DNA from: an uncultured Candidatus Saccharibacteria bacterium
GTDB taxonomy: Bacteria > Patescibacteriota > WWE3 > UBA101185 > UBA10185
NCBI GenBank assembly: GCA_964643995.1
Contig: CAZXUJ010000001.1
Location: 273,492-337,491 of the forward strand
Length of the DNA: 64,000 bases
Reading direction: 5' to 3'
A program made the position numbers and the translations under genes. Position 1 is the first letter of the stretch. Each line of letters opens with the position of its first letter. The notes under the pieces were generated by a model. It saw only the letters and a program-made list of their open reading frames with translations. It made no database searches and was not told the DNA's origin. Shown piece by piece: positions 50,229 through 61,365 of the stretch.

Positions 50229-50259
50229 TGTTAAGTTTTAGAAAAATGCCGTTAACAAA

Positions 50260-51753
50260 ATGTCAAAGAACAACAAAGGCACACAATCAAATGAATATTT
50301 TCGCGCACCCATTGTTACTATTATGGGCCATGTTGATCATGGTAAAACCAGCCTTCTTGACTATATAAGAAATGCTAACGTTCAATCACGTGAATACGGG
50401 GGAATTACCCAACACATCGGAGCATATCAGGTAATACACAAAGAAAAAGCTATAACTTTCATAGATACCCCTGGACATGAAGCATTTTCGCAAATGCGCG
50501 CCAGAGGAGGTAAAGCTGCGGACATAGTAGTACTAGTTGTTGCAGCAGATGACGGCGTACAACTTCAAACCATAGAGGCAATTAAGCATGCAAAAGCGGC
50601 AAACGCTACTATCATTGTTGCAATAAATAAAATCGATGTGGCAGGGGCAAGCCCAGATAAGGTGAAACAACAACTTGCCGAAAATGACGTGATTGTAGAA
50701 GATTGGGGTGGGGATATTCAATGCGTAAATGTGTCAGCAAAAAATGGTGATGGTATTCCTGAACTCTTAGACACACTACTGGTCGTAGCTGAAATGAAAG
50801 AACTAAAAGCAAATCCTGACGGAGAGTTGGAAGCAATAATAATAGAAGCAAAGCTTGATAAGAAAAAAGGTGTAACCGTAACTAGCATTGTTAGAAACGG
50901 CTCAATGAGAGTAGGACAAGAAATAAGCGCTGGAGGTTCTGAAGCAAAAATAAGATCACTGATGGATGACAAAGGCAATCTAGTAAAAGTAGCAGAACCT
51001 GCAGATCCTGTAGAAATCTTGGGATTTAAGAATGTGCCAAATGTGGGTGATTTGATAGTGCAAAAAGGCAGTGAGCTTGCGGAACTGTCTATGGATGACA
51101 GTAGGGTCGAGATAGTTGGTCAAGAAACCAAGAAGACCATAAATGTAATGATAAAAGCCGATACCCAAGGAACCTTAGAGGCTGTAAAAGAAAGTCTTGC
51201 CAATTTGGTCACTCAAAACGCCGCGGCCGATTTCTCAATTAAATTCATGAATACATCAACTGGAGACATCAATGACTCAGATATTTCGATGGCATCCACA
51301 ACAAATAGCGTAATCGTTGGCTTTGCCGTCGGGCTTAAGACTTCAGTTAAAGAGTTAGCGGATACGCTCAAAGTATCTGTAAAAACCTATAAGACAATAT
51401 ACGAACTCATAGACGACATAGAGGCATTGCTTGAAGGAACTGCCAGTCAAGAGGAAAAAAAGATCAGAGGACGTGCTCAGGTGTTAAAAATATTTAAGTT
51501 ACCCTCTGGCGACAATATCGCCGGGTGTAAGGTTATCGCCGGGGCATTAAAGCCTGGTAGTAACGTCGCAGTATATACAAAAGATCCAAGCGATGTAACA
51601 GAAGACGATACTCCAAACTATGTTGGAAAAATCAAGAAAATTAAACATGGCAAAGGTGATATCGAAGTAGCAGGTAAAGATACAGAATGTGGGCTACTAC
51701 TAAAGCCAGCTTTTAATGACTTAGCAATAGGAATGTGGATCGAAGTTAGGTAG
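50260..51753 (+). CDS. infB: Translation initiation factor IF-2 (minimal, no N-terminal domain)
   Basis: [31 protein letters not shown]; 497 aa. Confidence 0.96.
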   Translation: MSKNNKGTQSNEYFRAPIVTIMGHVDHGKTSLLDYIRNANVQSREYGGITQHIGAYQVIHKEKAITFIDTPGHEAFSQMRARGGKAADIVVLVVAADDGVQLQTIEAIKHAKAANATIIVAINKIDVAGASPDKVKQQLAENDVIVEDWGGDIQCVNVSAKNGDGIPELLDTLLVVAEMKELKANPDGELEAIIIEAKLDKKKGVTVTSIVRNGSMRVGQEISAGGSEAKIRSLMDDKGNLVKVAEPADPVEILGFKNVPNVGDLIVQKGSELAELSMDDSRVEIVGQETKKTINVMIKADTQGTLEAVKESLANLVTQNAAADFSIKFMNTSTGDINDSDISMASTTNSVIVGFAVGLKTSVKELADTLKVSVKTYKTIYELIDDIEALLEGTASQEEKKIRGRAQVLKIFKLPSGDNIAGCKVIAGALKPGSNVAVYTKDPSDVTEDDTPNYVGKIKKIKHGKGDIEVAGKDTECGLLLKPAFNDLAIGMWIEVR

Positions 51754-51835
51754 CAACTTATCATTTTGACACTATGGGATTATCTAGTATATAATCCCGA
51801 TGTTTAGAACAAAATTTCCAGCCCAAAAAAATTTC

Positions 51836-52501
51836 ATGCAAATAGAAGACTACGATAAACAACAACTACTGTCATTAATTCATGAGGCTAAAGATATTGC
51901 AATAATACCCTCCAAGGTATCAGGTGCAGATTCATTTTGCGCCAGTGCTGGACTTTATCTAATGTTAAAAAACAAATATGCAGCTGCACCAAATGGAGAA
52001 AAGAAGAATGTAAAGTTTTTGTTTGAGGGAAAAATACCTGAGTCTTGCGAGAAACTTCTAACAAAAGAGGATACTACGACAAACATTCAAGACAGGGAAC
52101 TACTGATTTCGGTAGATTACTCAGAAACTAGCGCTTCAAAAGTTCAATACACTACTGAGAATGACATTTTGTATCTTAAACTTGGGCCAATACCCAAGCA
52201 CTTTGATACTAACAGAATAAAGTCAAAAATTACTGGGTTTGATTTCGATTTAGTTTTTATTGTAGGTGCACAAGAGCTAGCAGATTTAGGACCAATATAT
52301 AGCAATTTACGGTCCGAGATTAACAGGTCTAAAAAGGTAAACATCGACATCACCAAAAAGAACACTAGATTTGGGGTAATTAACATTATAGATGATACTA
52401 CGGACTCACTAAGCACATTGGTTTTCAAGAATTCTGCTTTATGGGAACTCACTCCTGATAAAGTAGCAGCGAAAGCTCTACTTGCCGGAATAGTTGATTA
52501 A
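51836..52501 (+). CDS. Degenerate DHH-fold protein
   Basis: ADSFCASAGL, FDLVFIVG, VNIDI in place of IDHH; TTGACA-18-TATAAT promoter favours ATG 51836. Confidence 0.6.
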   Translation: MQIEDYDKQQLLSLIHEAKDIAIIPSKVSGADSFCASAGLYLMLKNKYAAAPNGEKKNVKFLFEGKIPESCEKLLTKEDTTTNIQDRELLISVDYSETSASKVQYTTENDILYLKLGPIPKHFDTNRIKSKITGFDFDLVFIVGAQELADLGPIYSNLRSEINRSKKVNIDITKKNTRFGVINIIDDTTDSLSTLVFKNSALWELTPDKVAAKALLAGIVD

Positions 52502-52527
52502 CCGCTGTACAGATGCTAGAATGAGCA

Positions 52528-52794
52528 TTGTCTATGGATAAGAAATCAAAAGCAAAAATAATAAAAGACCATCAGTTGCACGATATCGACACGGGGTCCC
52601 CTGAGGTACAGGTTGCGGTTTTGACCGAAAGAATTGATCAACTTTCCGAACATCTTAAGAACCATAAAAAAGATAATCACTCAAGAAGAGGACTTCTCCA
52701 AATGGTAAACAAAAGACGTAGACTCCTTACCTTTTTAAAGAAAAAGGATGAGGAAAGATATCACAAGGTCATGGAAAAACTAGACCTTAAGTAG
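52528..52794 (+). CDS. rpsO: 30S ribosomal protein S15
   Basis: [21 protein letters not shown]. Confidence 0.98.
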   Translation: MSMDKKSKAKIIKDHQLHDIDTGSPEVQVAVLTERIDQLSEHLKNHKKDNHSRRGLLQMVNKRRRLLTFLKKKDEERYHKVMEKLDLK

Positions 52795-52832
52795 TAAGAG
52801 TAGTAAGTTGCGGTAAATAAACCGCGGATAGT

Positions 52833-52922
52833 GGATATTAGATTAGTGTTTAGATCTAGAAATAGTGTATATAACGATTTTGTTGTATGTAGTATCTCTT
52901 TATCTATACGCGCTGAATATCC
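52833..52922 (+). promoter_or_regulatory. Long stem-loop in the pnp leader (probable RNase III site)
   Basis: GGATATT/AATATCC base, TAGAT/ATCTA and TATATAAC/GTTGTATG inner stems. Confidence 0.6.
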
Positions 52923-52938
52923 TAAAAAATAAGTAAAT

Positions 52939-55167
52939 ATGAATACAAAAATAAGGAAAGAAATAAATTTCGCAGGTAAACCTTTGGTTCTTGAAACCGG
53001 AGAACTTGCACAACAGGCCAATTTGGCAGTTAAGCTAAGTTTGGGTGAAACCGTTGTACTTGCCACGGTAGTATCGGGTGCTTTAGACCCATCGAAGGAC
53101 TTTTTCCCATTAAGCGTAAACTACGAAGAAAAAATGTATGCCAGTGGCAGCATAAAAAGTTCGAGATTTGTTAAGAGAGACGGTAAACCAACAGACGAAG
53201 CTACAGTAACTAGAAGATTGATCGATCATGCTATAAGACCATTATTCCCTAAAGATTTTAAAAACGAAGTGCAGGTTGCCGTAACAGTGTTATCACTTGA
53301 CCCTGAAGCCGATCCAGAAGTAGCTGCGATGTTAGCGACTTCAGCGGCATTACACGCTTCAAATATACCCTGGGCAGGACCTATGACCAGTACAAAAGTA
53401 GGCATGATAAATGGAGAATATGTGATGAACCCTACAAACAAACAGTTACACGATGAGACCGAGTTGGATATGATGGTTTCATTCGTAGGGAATGATCAAA
53501 AATTCTTAGCAATTGAATGCGAAGCAAATAATTTACCAGAAAACAAAATTTTGGGGGCGATCGAATTCGCAAGAAACAATGTTAAACCGGTATTGGAATT
53601 GTTCAACGACTTTTCAAAAGAGGTAAACCCCAAAAATACAAAATTTGAATATGACTCACAAAAAGCGGATGAAGAATTAGTAAAAACTGTAAAAGCCGAT
53701 ATTGAGGAAAAGTTGATAAAACTTGTTGAGAACTTCAAAAGCAAAGCCGAGTATACAGCTGGCCGTGCTGAGCTAGTAAAAACACTTGTTGACAGACATG
53801 GCGAAAAATATGAAAAACATGTGCTAGAAGCAATATTGTTTGATATCGAGAAAAAGATTGTACAAAAAAATGTTCTCAGTGAGGCACGTCGTGTAGACCG
53901 AAGAGGACTAGAGGAGCTTAGAAAGATAAGTTGTGAGGTAAGTGTTTTACCTAGAACCCATGGAAGCGCGATTTTTAATCGCGGAATTACACAAGCTTTA
54001 ACGACAGCCACTTTGGGCAACCCATCTGCGGAGCTTTTGGTACAAGACATGTATGGTGAAAGAAGCAAAAGGTATTTACACTACTACAACTTCCCACCTT
54101 TTAGCACTGGTGAGGTCGGAAGATTCGGCGGAGCTGGAGGACGTGAAATTGGACATGGTATGTTAGCAGAAAAGGCTCTAAGACCAGTGATCCCAACACA
54201 AGATGAATTTCCATATATGATAGTTTTAAACACTGAAATATTATCTTCAGATGGCTCTACATCTATGGCAGCTACTTGTGGATCAACTTTAGCGCTCATG
54301 GATGCAGGTGTACCCATAAAAAAAATGGTAGCTGGTATTTCCGTTGGATTGGTCGCAGATGAAGAAAATTCGAAATACGTTTTAATGACTGACATAGTAG
54401 GTATGGAAGACTTTACTGGGCACATGGACTTTAAGATTGCTGGAACGGACAGTGGGATAACTGCTATTCAACTAGATATGAAAGTAAAGGGAATTCCAAT
54501 GGAAATACTACCAAAGGTTTTTGAGCAATCAAAAGAAGCACGACTCCAAATACTTGAGGTTATGAAAGCAACCATTGGACAACCTAAGTCAACCCTAAGT
54601 AAATATGCACCAAAGATGATGACTATAAAGGTACAACCTGATCAGGTCGGTATGATAATCGGATCAGGAGGCAAAACAATTAAGGAAATCCAGGAAAGAA
54701 CCGGCACAGAGCTAGGGATCGAAGACGATGGAACTGTATTTATCTCAGGTGTTTCTTCAGAAGGCGTCGAAGAAGCATATAGAATTGTTGAGGGAATGAC
54801 TAAAGAGGTCGCACGTGGGGAAATATATGAAGGTAAGGTAGACGGGATTACAGACTTTGGAGCTTTTATCGAAATCTTACCAGGAAGAACCGGACTCCTA
54901 CATCTTAGTGAAATAGCTCAAGGATATGTCAAAAATGTAGAAGATCATCTGCAAATTGGAGACATTGTAAAAGTAAAAGTAATCGATACTTCGCGTGATG
55001 GAAAAATTTCTTTATCTATGAAGGCTTTACTACCAAATGCGGAAGCTGATGGTGAAGAGCGAAGCCGCGGTAGAAGACCTGATCGCGATAGTCGTGGTGG
55101 TAGGGATGACAGAAACAGCCATCGAGGACGTGAGAAACGCGACGACAGGTTCAGAGGCAGGCGCTAA
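52939..55167 (+). CDS. pnp: Polyribonucleotide nucleotidyltransferase
   Basis: DFFPLSVNY, HYNFPPFS, MDFKIAG, KH and S1 domains. Confidence 0.98.
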   Translation: MNTKIRKEINFAGKPLVLETGELAQQANLAVKLSLGETVVLATVVSGALDPSKDFFPLSVNYEEKMYASGSIKSSRFVKRDGKPTDEATVTRRLIDHAIRPLFPKDFKNEVQVAVTVLSLDPEADPEVAAMLATSAALHASNIPWAGPMTSTKVGMINGEYVMNPTNKQLHDETELDMMVSFVGNDQKFLAIECEANNLPENKILGAIEFARNNVKPVLELFNDFSKEVNPKNTKFEYDSQKADEELVKTVKADIEEKLIKLVENFKSKAEYTAGRAELVKTLVDRHGEKYEKHVLEAILFDIEKKIVQKNVLSEARRVDRRGLEELRKISCEVSVLPRTHGSAIFNRGITQALTTATLGNPSAELLVQDMYGERSKRYLHYYNFPPFSTGEVGRFGGAGGREIGHGMLAEKALRPVIPTQDEFPYMIVLNTEILSSDGSTSMAATCGSTLALMDAGVPIKKMVAGISVGLVADEENSKYVLMTDIVGMEDFTGHMDFKIAGTDSGITAIQLDMKVKGIPMEILPKVFEQSKEARLQILEVMKATIGQPKSTLSKYAPKMMTIKVQPDQVGMIIGSGGKTIKEIQERTGTELGIEDDGTVFISGVSSEGVEEAYRIVEGMTKEVARGEIYEGKVDGITDFGAFIEILPGRTGLLHLSEIAQGYVKNVEDHLQIGDIVKVKVIDTSRDGKISLSMKALLPNAEADGEERSRGRRPDRDSRGGRDDRNSHRGREKRDDRFRGRR

Positions 55168-55222
55168 CGAACCTCCACACCTACATACTTAGATGGTATT
55201 AGAGTGATACAATTGAGTTGAT

Positions 55223-56296
55223 ATGGCAGAAACCGAATTTCTATTTGAAGAGCTAAAAGACCTGCACGATCTGCTGGATCATACCGTAGGCATGCCTGAG
55301 GATCTCAGAAAAAAAGCGGAGAGAATGATTCAACGACTAGATCGCATGGCTAAACTTGGACATTATACCCAAGATTTTGACACCATCTCAAGATATATTG
55401 AAACCATCTGCGCCTTACCATGGAGCGCAAGAACAGAAGATAGACTAGATCTTGCGAACGCTAAGAAGATGCTAGATAAGAATCACTACGGCATGGAGAG
55501 CGTTAAACAGTTGATGCTTGAATACCTTGCCTCAATGATTTTGATAAAAAAACGCAGTGATAATCCCAACGATGCAATCACAAAATCCCCAGTATTACTT
55601 CTCGTAGGTTTACAAGGTGTTGGTAAAACAACACTAGCTATTTCTGTTGCAGAAGCTTTGGGTAGAAAATTTATTAGAATTCCTATGGGTGGTATTGGAT
55701 CTCCACTTGCGATTAGAGGACATAGCAAATCTTATCCTGAATCAGAACCAGGATTAATCATGAAGGGTATGATAGAAGCTGGTGTAAGAAATCCTGTTAT
55801 GCTACTTGATGAAATTGAAAAATCTAGTGGTGATGAAGGATTAAGCGCCGACATTTTTGCTATATTGCTGGAAATCCTTGACCCCAACCAAAACCACTCG
55901 TTTAGAGATCACTATGTAGACTACCCATTTGATCTGTCTGAGACACTATTCATATGTTCAGCAAACAATCTTGGAAAGCTTACAGCGGCGCTCTTAGACC
56001 GTATGCAGGTAGTTAAAATGCCATCATATACAGACAACGAGAAAATTGTTATCGCAAGGGAATACCTGTTCCCACATATTTTGGAAAAAACCGGTCTTAA
56101 ACCTGAGGAGTTTCAAATCGACCCAAATCTTTGGCCAGGAGTTGTGAGACCATTTGGGTTTGATACGGGGATTAGAAGCTTGGGAAGGACTTTGGAAAAT
56201 ATGGCTAGAAAAGTGGCAAAAGAGATAGTAGAGGGCAAAACAGACAAAGTATATATTACTACTGAGAACTTGAAACATTACCTTCCACAGGGGTAA
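55223..56296 (+). CDS. Lon-like AAA+ ATPase without N-terminal and protease domains
   Basis: LDKNHYG, GVGKT, LLDEIEK, LDPNQNHSFRDHY; ends after the helical subdomain. Confidence 0.88.
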   Translation: MAETEFLFEELKDLHDLLDHTVGMPEDLRKKAERMIQRLDRMAKLGHYTQDFDTISRYIETICALPWSARTEDRLDLANAKKMLDKNHYGMESVKQLMLEYLASMILIKKRSDNPNDAITKSPVLLLVGLQGVGKTTLAISVAEALGRKFIRIPMGGIGSPLAIRGHSKSYPESEPGLIMKGMIEAGVRNPVMLLDEIEKSSGDEGLSADIFAILLEILDPNQNHSFRDHYVDYPFDLSETLFICSANNLGKLTAALLDRMQVVKMPSYTDNEKIVIAREYLFPHILEKTGLKPEEFQIDPNLWPGVVRPFGFDTGIRSLGRTLENMARKVAKEIVEGKTDKVYITTENLKHYLPQG

Positions 56297-56304
56297 TACG
56301 GCTG

Positions 56305-56895
56305 ATGACAAAAATAGAGCTTTTGGATCAAATTGAAAAAGAAATAAAGGCCTGTAAAAAGTGTAGATTATGCGAAATGGCATTGAATGCAGTACCTGGA
56401 GAAGGTAATGCAGATTCCAAGATAGTCTTTATCGGAGAGGCACCTGGAGCACAGGAAGATCAAACGGGGCGACCTTTTGTTGGACGGGCAGGAAAATTAC
56501 TTGAAGCTATGCTTAACAAAATTGGGTATGCTCGAGAAGATGTTTGGATTGGGAATGTAGTCAAACACAGACCACCGCAAAACAGGGACCCACAACCAGA
56601 TGAAATCTTGTTATGCGATCCTTATTTAACTAAGCAGTTAAGTGTGATTAGACCATTGTTAGTTGTGACTTTAGGTAGGTTTGCAATGAGCTATTTTTAC
56701 AAAGATGGAAAAATAACACAAGATCATGGTAGATTAATTAGGCTAACAAATTACAATGTCTATCCTGTTTATCATCCAGCTGCGGCATTGCGCAAGAAAG
56801 ATTTTGCGAAAGAGTTATTAAAAGATTTTATGAGGATTCCAGAAGTTTTAAAGGACTGTACCAACGAAAATACGAACAATCCTTTAGGGCTCTGA
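56305..56895 (+). CDS. Uracil-DNA glycosylase, family 4
   Basis: CKKCRL, GEAPG, PFVGRAG, RPPQNR, HPAA. Confidence 0.95.
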   Translation: MTKIELLDQIEKEIKACKKCRLCEMALNAVPGEGNADSKIVFIGEAPGAQEDQTGRPFVGRAGKLLEAMLNKIGYAREDVWIGNVVKHRPPQNRDPQPDEILLCDPYLTKQLSVIRPLLVVTLGRFAMSYFYKDGKITQDHGRLIRLTNYNVYPVYHPAAALRKKDFAKELLKDFMRIPEVLKDCTNENTNNPLGL

Positions 56896-56904
56896 AATAA
56901 ATTT

Positions 56905-58614
56905 ATGGGACAAATGTTCATTAAAAAAACACAAGACAAACCGGAAGTTAAAATAGTAAGTTTTAGCGGCCAAGAAGGTGCCACAGGCAACATGACCGTG
57001 TATGAATGCGGAGACGACATAATTGTTGTTGACGTGGGAATATCTTTCCCAGACGACACAATGCCCGGTGTTGATCTTGTGATACCAGACTTTACATACA
57101 TTCTAGAAAATAGACATAAAGTGAGAGCAATATTGGTCAGCCATGCTCATGAAGACCACTTAGGCGCAATACCATTCCTGTTGCGCGAACTAGATGGCGT
57201 ACCAATTTATGCATCAAAGATTGTTCAGGAGTTTCTAAAAAAAAGAATAATCGACAAAGCCTCGGAGGTAATTCTTAACAACACGAGTTTTCATTTGTTG
57301 GATGAGACTACAGCAGAAGAAACTCTCGGAAACTTTAAAATTTCAGCTTTTAACGTTAACCATTCGGTACCTAATGCATTGGGAATATCAATTAATACGC
57401 CACAGGGGCGCATTATTCATATGGCAGACTTTAAGATTGACTTTCATCCTGTTCTAGACAAACCAATTAACCTAGAAATCATAACCAGATACGGAAAAGA
57501 GGGGGTGCTGTGTTTACTCTCTGACTGCTTAGGTGCTGACACAAAAGGAAGCTCTGAACCTGAAAGCACCATGAACGACACTTTTGTAAACCTTTTCAAA
57601 GCAGCTGAAGGAAATCAGGTAATGGTTACATTGATTTCGTCTAACATTGCGAGAATAAAACAGATTATTGATGGGGCAATGAAAAACAACAGAAGGGTTG
57701 TATTGGGGGGAAGATCAATTGATGATTCAGTAGCAATTGGCAGAAGACTAGGATATCTAAACTACTCAGATGATGTGTTCGTATCAGAGAAGGATTGTAC
57801 CAAATATCCACAAGGTGACCTTGTTTATATAGTAGCTGGTGTTTTTGGACAGTCGGGTTCCACCGCAGACAGAATTGCAAACCGGGAACACAGATATATA
57901 ACGCTTGAAAAAGGATGTAGATTTATAGTCTCCGGCGAACCGGGGCCTCCAGGTGCAAGAATACCTATGGAGACTATGCGAGATAAATATGTTCTCGAGG
58001 GAGCTGAAGTTATATATCCGAAAATTTACGATAACCTACATATATCCGGACACGGGCATAAAGGGGATCTGGAAACTATAGCATCTCTCATAAAACCAAA
58101 GTACTTTATACCAATAGGTGGAAGTGTTTCACATATGAGAGCTTACACAAACATGGTAGCTGAAATTGGCTTCAAAAAGGAAAGTGTCTTCGAACTACTG
58201 GAAGGAGAAACTGTAATATTTTCTGAGCATGGTGCAAAACGAGGCCAAAGACTTGAAGTCAAAACAGTTCTAGTTGACGGTAAAAGGATCGGCGAGGTTG
58301 GAGCTATTGTGATAAAAGATCGCGAAACATTATCTACTGATGGAGTTTTTGTAATAGTCGTACCAGTATCCAAACAAGATAAAACTTCCCTCGGAGGGGT
58401 AGAAGTTATTACACGTGGCTTTATATACGTAAAAGAGTCAAAAGCGCTTATGGGAAGAGCAAAAGATCTAGCAAACAAAGTCATAGATAAATATCAAGGT
58501 GATATGTCAGACTGGGGATCTGTGCAAAACAAAGTAGAAAAAGAAATCGAAAAATTCCTATTCAAAGAGACCGGCAACAAGCCAATGGTAATCGTACACA
58601 GTATCACAGTGTAA
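56905..58614 (+). CDS. rnj: Ribonuclease J
   Basis: SHAHEDH, NHS, DFK, HISGH metallo-beta-lactamase/beta-CASP motifs. Confidence 0.95.
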   Translation: MGQMFIKKTQDKPEVKIVSFSGQEGATGNMTVYECGDDIIVVDVGISFPDDTMPGVDLVIPDFTYILENRHKVRAILVSHAHEDHLGAIPFLLRELDGVPIYASKIVQEFLKKRIIDKASEVILNNTSFHLLDETTAEETLGNFKISAFNVNHSVPNALGISINTPQGRIIHMADFKIDFHPVLDKPINLEIITRYGKEGVLCLLSDCLGADTKGSSEPESTMNDTFVNLFKAAEGNQVMVTLISSNIARIKQIIDGAMKNNRRVVLGGRSIDDSVAIGRRLGYLNYSDDVFVSEKDCTKYPQGDLVYIVAGVFGQSGSTADRIANREHRYITLEKGCRFIVSGEPGPPGARIPMETMRDKYVLEGAEVIYPKIYDNLHISGHGHKGDLETIASLIKPKYFIPIGGSVSHMRAYTNMVAEIGFKKESVFELLEGETVIFSEHGAKRGQRLEVKTVLVDGKRIGEVGAIVIKDRETLSTDGVFVIVVPVSKQDKTSLGGVEVITRGFIYVKESKALMGRAKDLANKVIDKYQGDMSDWGSVQNKVEKEIEKFLFKETGNKPMVIVHSITV

Positions 58615-58631
58615 GTTACTAAGCGGTAAAA

Positions 58632-60821
58632 ATGGCAAAAAGAGGTAGAAGAAAAAAATTTAGAGTCCCGCTAAATATTCGACCAGAAACTATCAGATCT
58701 GCAATTGCGATATTTCTGATGTTACTTGCTGGAGTAATAATTATTTCTTCAATTTTAGGTGAATATGCTGGTAACTTTATACTCCAAGAAGTTTTAAGAA
58801 CCGTATTCGGATATTCTCAAATACTTCTCGCCCCGGTACTTTTTATAAGCGGCTTAGTTCTTATAGGCTCAATAAAATGGCAATTTGCAGACTTACGGGT
58901 GTTGTTTGGGTTTGCATGCTTACTAGTAGGAGGCAGCGGATTAATGCATTCGTTTTATTCTGGTGACAATGCCTTGGAGGCAGCAAAAAACGGCACTGGC
59001 GGAGGATACCTAGGGTATTTTATCTCGGAAACGCTCAGCAATCTTATCAGTATTTACGGAGCTATTTTAGTTTTCCTAGCATTGATAATATTGGCACTTG
59101 TTCTAATGTTTGATAAATCTCTCGATGAGTTGGTAGCAACCTTTAAAATTTTTTCTCTGCCAGAACGACTCAAGAGACTTTCGCGTATGAAAGAACAAAC
59201 CGAACTGGAATCTGAAGATATGTTTGGAACCGAGGAAGAACCACAACTAGAGGAATCAAAACCTGAAGAGAAAAAACCCGAGTTCGAAATCATACCTAAC
59301 CTGGCAGAACCTACTGAAGAGGATGCTATAGTAAGCATTGAAAGCGCAAGAAATGAAGCAGTTTCAACGCTGGTTCCAACACTCCCCTACTCTGATAAGG
59401 TTTACGAACTTCCACCTTTGGACTTGTTAGATGATCCTCCAAACACCCCAATTGATAGAGGTGACGTTAATGACAGAAAGAAAATTATCGAAGACACTTT
59501 AAGATCTTTTGGTATTGGGGTTACAGTAAAAGACATGAAATTTGGACCTACAGTCACCCAATATGCCCTTGAGGCAGAGGCAGGAACAAAAATTGCTAAA
59601 ATATCAAACTTACAATACGACCTCGCACTGGCACTAGCCTCCCCAACAGGATCGGTGAGGATTGAGGCACCTATACCTGGGAGATCATTAGTCGGCATTG
59701 AAGTTCCTAACAACAGCCGAGCTGTCGTCAATTTCAAGGAAGTTTTAGTTTCCGAGGCTATGAAAACAAGCAAGTCCAGATTAGCACTCGTATTGGGCAA
59801 AGATGTGGGAGGTAGAACACTTGTTTATGATATTGGCAAGATGCCGCACTTACTTATCGCAGGCGCTACCGGCTCTGGTAAGTCAGTTTTCATACACAAT
59901 CTTATGTTTTCGATTCTATATCGTGCAACACCACAGGAATGTAAATTTATACTTATCGACCCAAAAAGGGTAGAACTAAAACATTATGATGGGATCCCAC
60001 ACTTGTTATCACCTGTTGTTACAGACATAGACAAAGCACCTAGTGTATTCAAATGGGCTGTACAGGAAATGGAAAGAAGATACAAATTGCTTGAGGCAGC
60101 AAAAGTAAGAAACATCTCGGATTATAATAAAAAGTCCGGATTCCAGGCATTACCATATATTTTAGTAATTGTTGATGAACTGGCGGAAATAATGGTGACT
60201 GATCCAGCAGCTGTTGAAAAAAGTATTATACGGTTGGCACAACTAGCTAGAGCTGTAGGTATTCATCTTATTTTGGCACTGCAAAGACCCACCACCAACA
60301 TAATCACTGGCCTTATCAAAGCGAATATACCTTGCCGTATAGCATTTAATGTTACAAGTGGTACAGACTCCAGAGTTATTTTGGACCAGGTCGGTGCTGA
60401 AAAACTTTTAGGTATGGGTGACATGCTGTTTGTACCACCTGACGACTCCAAGCCAGTAAGAATACAGGGGGCATATGTGAATGATAAGGAGATCGCACGT
60501 ACTGTAGACTTTTTAAAGAAAACAGGAATAGAACCTGATTTTACGGAAGAAATATTCAAAGTTGAGGATACTGCGAAAAGTATCTCCGTAGGAGGGGATG
60601 GGGTTGATGATTTATTTGACGAGGCTGTAGAAATTGTACAAGCCGAAGGTAAAGCCTCTGCATCGTTGCTCCAAAGGCGATTGTCGATTGGATACTCGCG
60701 AGCCGCCAGAATCATTGACGAGATGGAGGCAAAAGGAATAGTTGGACCTCAAAAGGGAAGTAAACCAAGAGAGATAGTACACCGAGGTACAACTCTGGAC
60801 GAAATAGGGAGTGATTTTTAA
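58632..60821 (+). CDS. ftsK: DNA translocase FtsK/SpoIIIE
   Basis: N-terminal TMs, GATGSGKS, IVDELA, gamma domain LQRRLSIGYSRAARII. Confidence 0.97.
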   Translation: MAKRGRRKKFRVPLNIRPETIRSAIAIFLMLLAGVIIISSILGEYAGNFILQEVLRTVFGYSQILLAPVLFISGLVLIGSIKWQFADLRVLFGFACLLVGGSGLMHSFYSGDNALEAAKNGTGGGYLGYFISETLSNLISIYGAILVFLALIILALVLMFDKSLDELVATFKIFSLPERLKRLSRMKEQTELESEDMFGTEEEPQLEESKPEEKKPEFEIIPNLAEPTEEDAIVSIESARNEAVSTLVPTLPYSDKVYELPPLDLLDDPPNTPIDRGDVNDRKKIIEDTLRSFGIGVTVKDMKFGPTVTQYALEAEAGTKIAKISNLQYDLALALASPTGSVRIEAPIPGRSLVGIEVPNNSRAVVNFKEVLVSEAMKTSKSRLALVLGKDVGGRTLVYDIGKMPHLLIAGATGSGKSVFIHNLMFSILYRATPQECKFILIDPKRVELKHYDGIPHLLSPVVTDIDKAPSVFKWAVQEMERRYKLLEAAKVRNISDYNKKSGFQALPYILVIVDELAEIMVTDPAAVEKSIIRLAQLARAVGIHLILALQRPTTNIITGLIKANIPCRIAFNVTSGTDSRVILDQVGAEKLLGMGDMLFVPPDDSKPVRIQGAYVNDKEIARTVDFLKKTGIEPDFTEEIFKVEDTAKSISVGGDGVDDLFDEAVEIVQAEGKASASLLQRRLSIGYSRAARIIDEMEAKGIVGPQKGSKPREIVHRGTTLDEIGSDF

Positions 60822-60832
60822 GGAAAAGGTTT

Positions 60833-61056
60833 ATGACAGAAAAAATTGTTACACTGCTTGAACAAGAGGCTAAACTAACTAATAGAGAAAAGCTGGTACA
60901 CTAGAAAATAATGAGGTTTATCAACCAATCATTGATGCAGCAAAAGCTACTGCAAAAACACTTTCTACAGAACAGGAGCTTGATCATAGAGTAGCAGGTA
61001 GACTTATTACCTTAATAGATAGTAAAGTTATATATGATTCTTCGGACGAGAATTAA
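60833..61056 (+). pseudogene. Small hypothetical gene (~74 aa) with a one-base frameshift
   Basis: MTEKIVTLLEQEAKLTNREK then, in the shifted frame, AGTLENNEVYQP...DSSDEN*. Confidence 0.45.
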
Positions 61057-61091
61057 TGTTATAGTTATTCTGTGATGAAAGGAACTGCCCA

Positions 61092-61364
61092 ATGGACGTA
61101 CAATTATTTTTAGTAATAATACTTTCGGTTTTAACTTTTTCAATCGTGATTGTTTGCGTTTACGTTATTGTAATTCTCAAAGAATTCAAAAATACAATCA
61201 GCAAGTTTAATAGTACCATTGATAGTGTACAAAGTATTAAGGACAACCTTCTAAGCACTTCAAGTATTTTAGGTATGATCGGGACAATATTCGAAACTAT
61301 CAAGTCGGTAAGATCCATAAGAACTATCGCAGATTACGAAGATGATGACGACCAAGAAAACTGA
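61092..61364 (+). CDS. DUF948/YtxG-like membrane protein
   Basis: N-terminal TM plus coiled coil, upstream of a YtxH-like gene. Confidence 0.6.
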   Translation: MDVQLFLVIILSVLTFSIVIVCVYVIVILKEFKNTISKFNSTIDSVQSIKDNLLSTSSILGMIGTIFETIKSVRSIRTIADYEDDDDQEN

Positions 61365-61365
61365 A

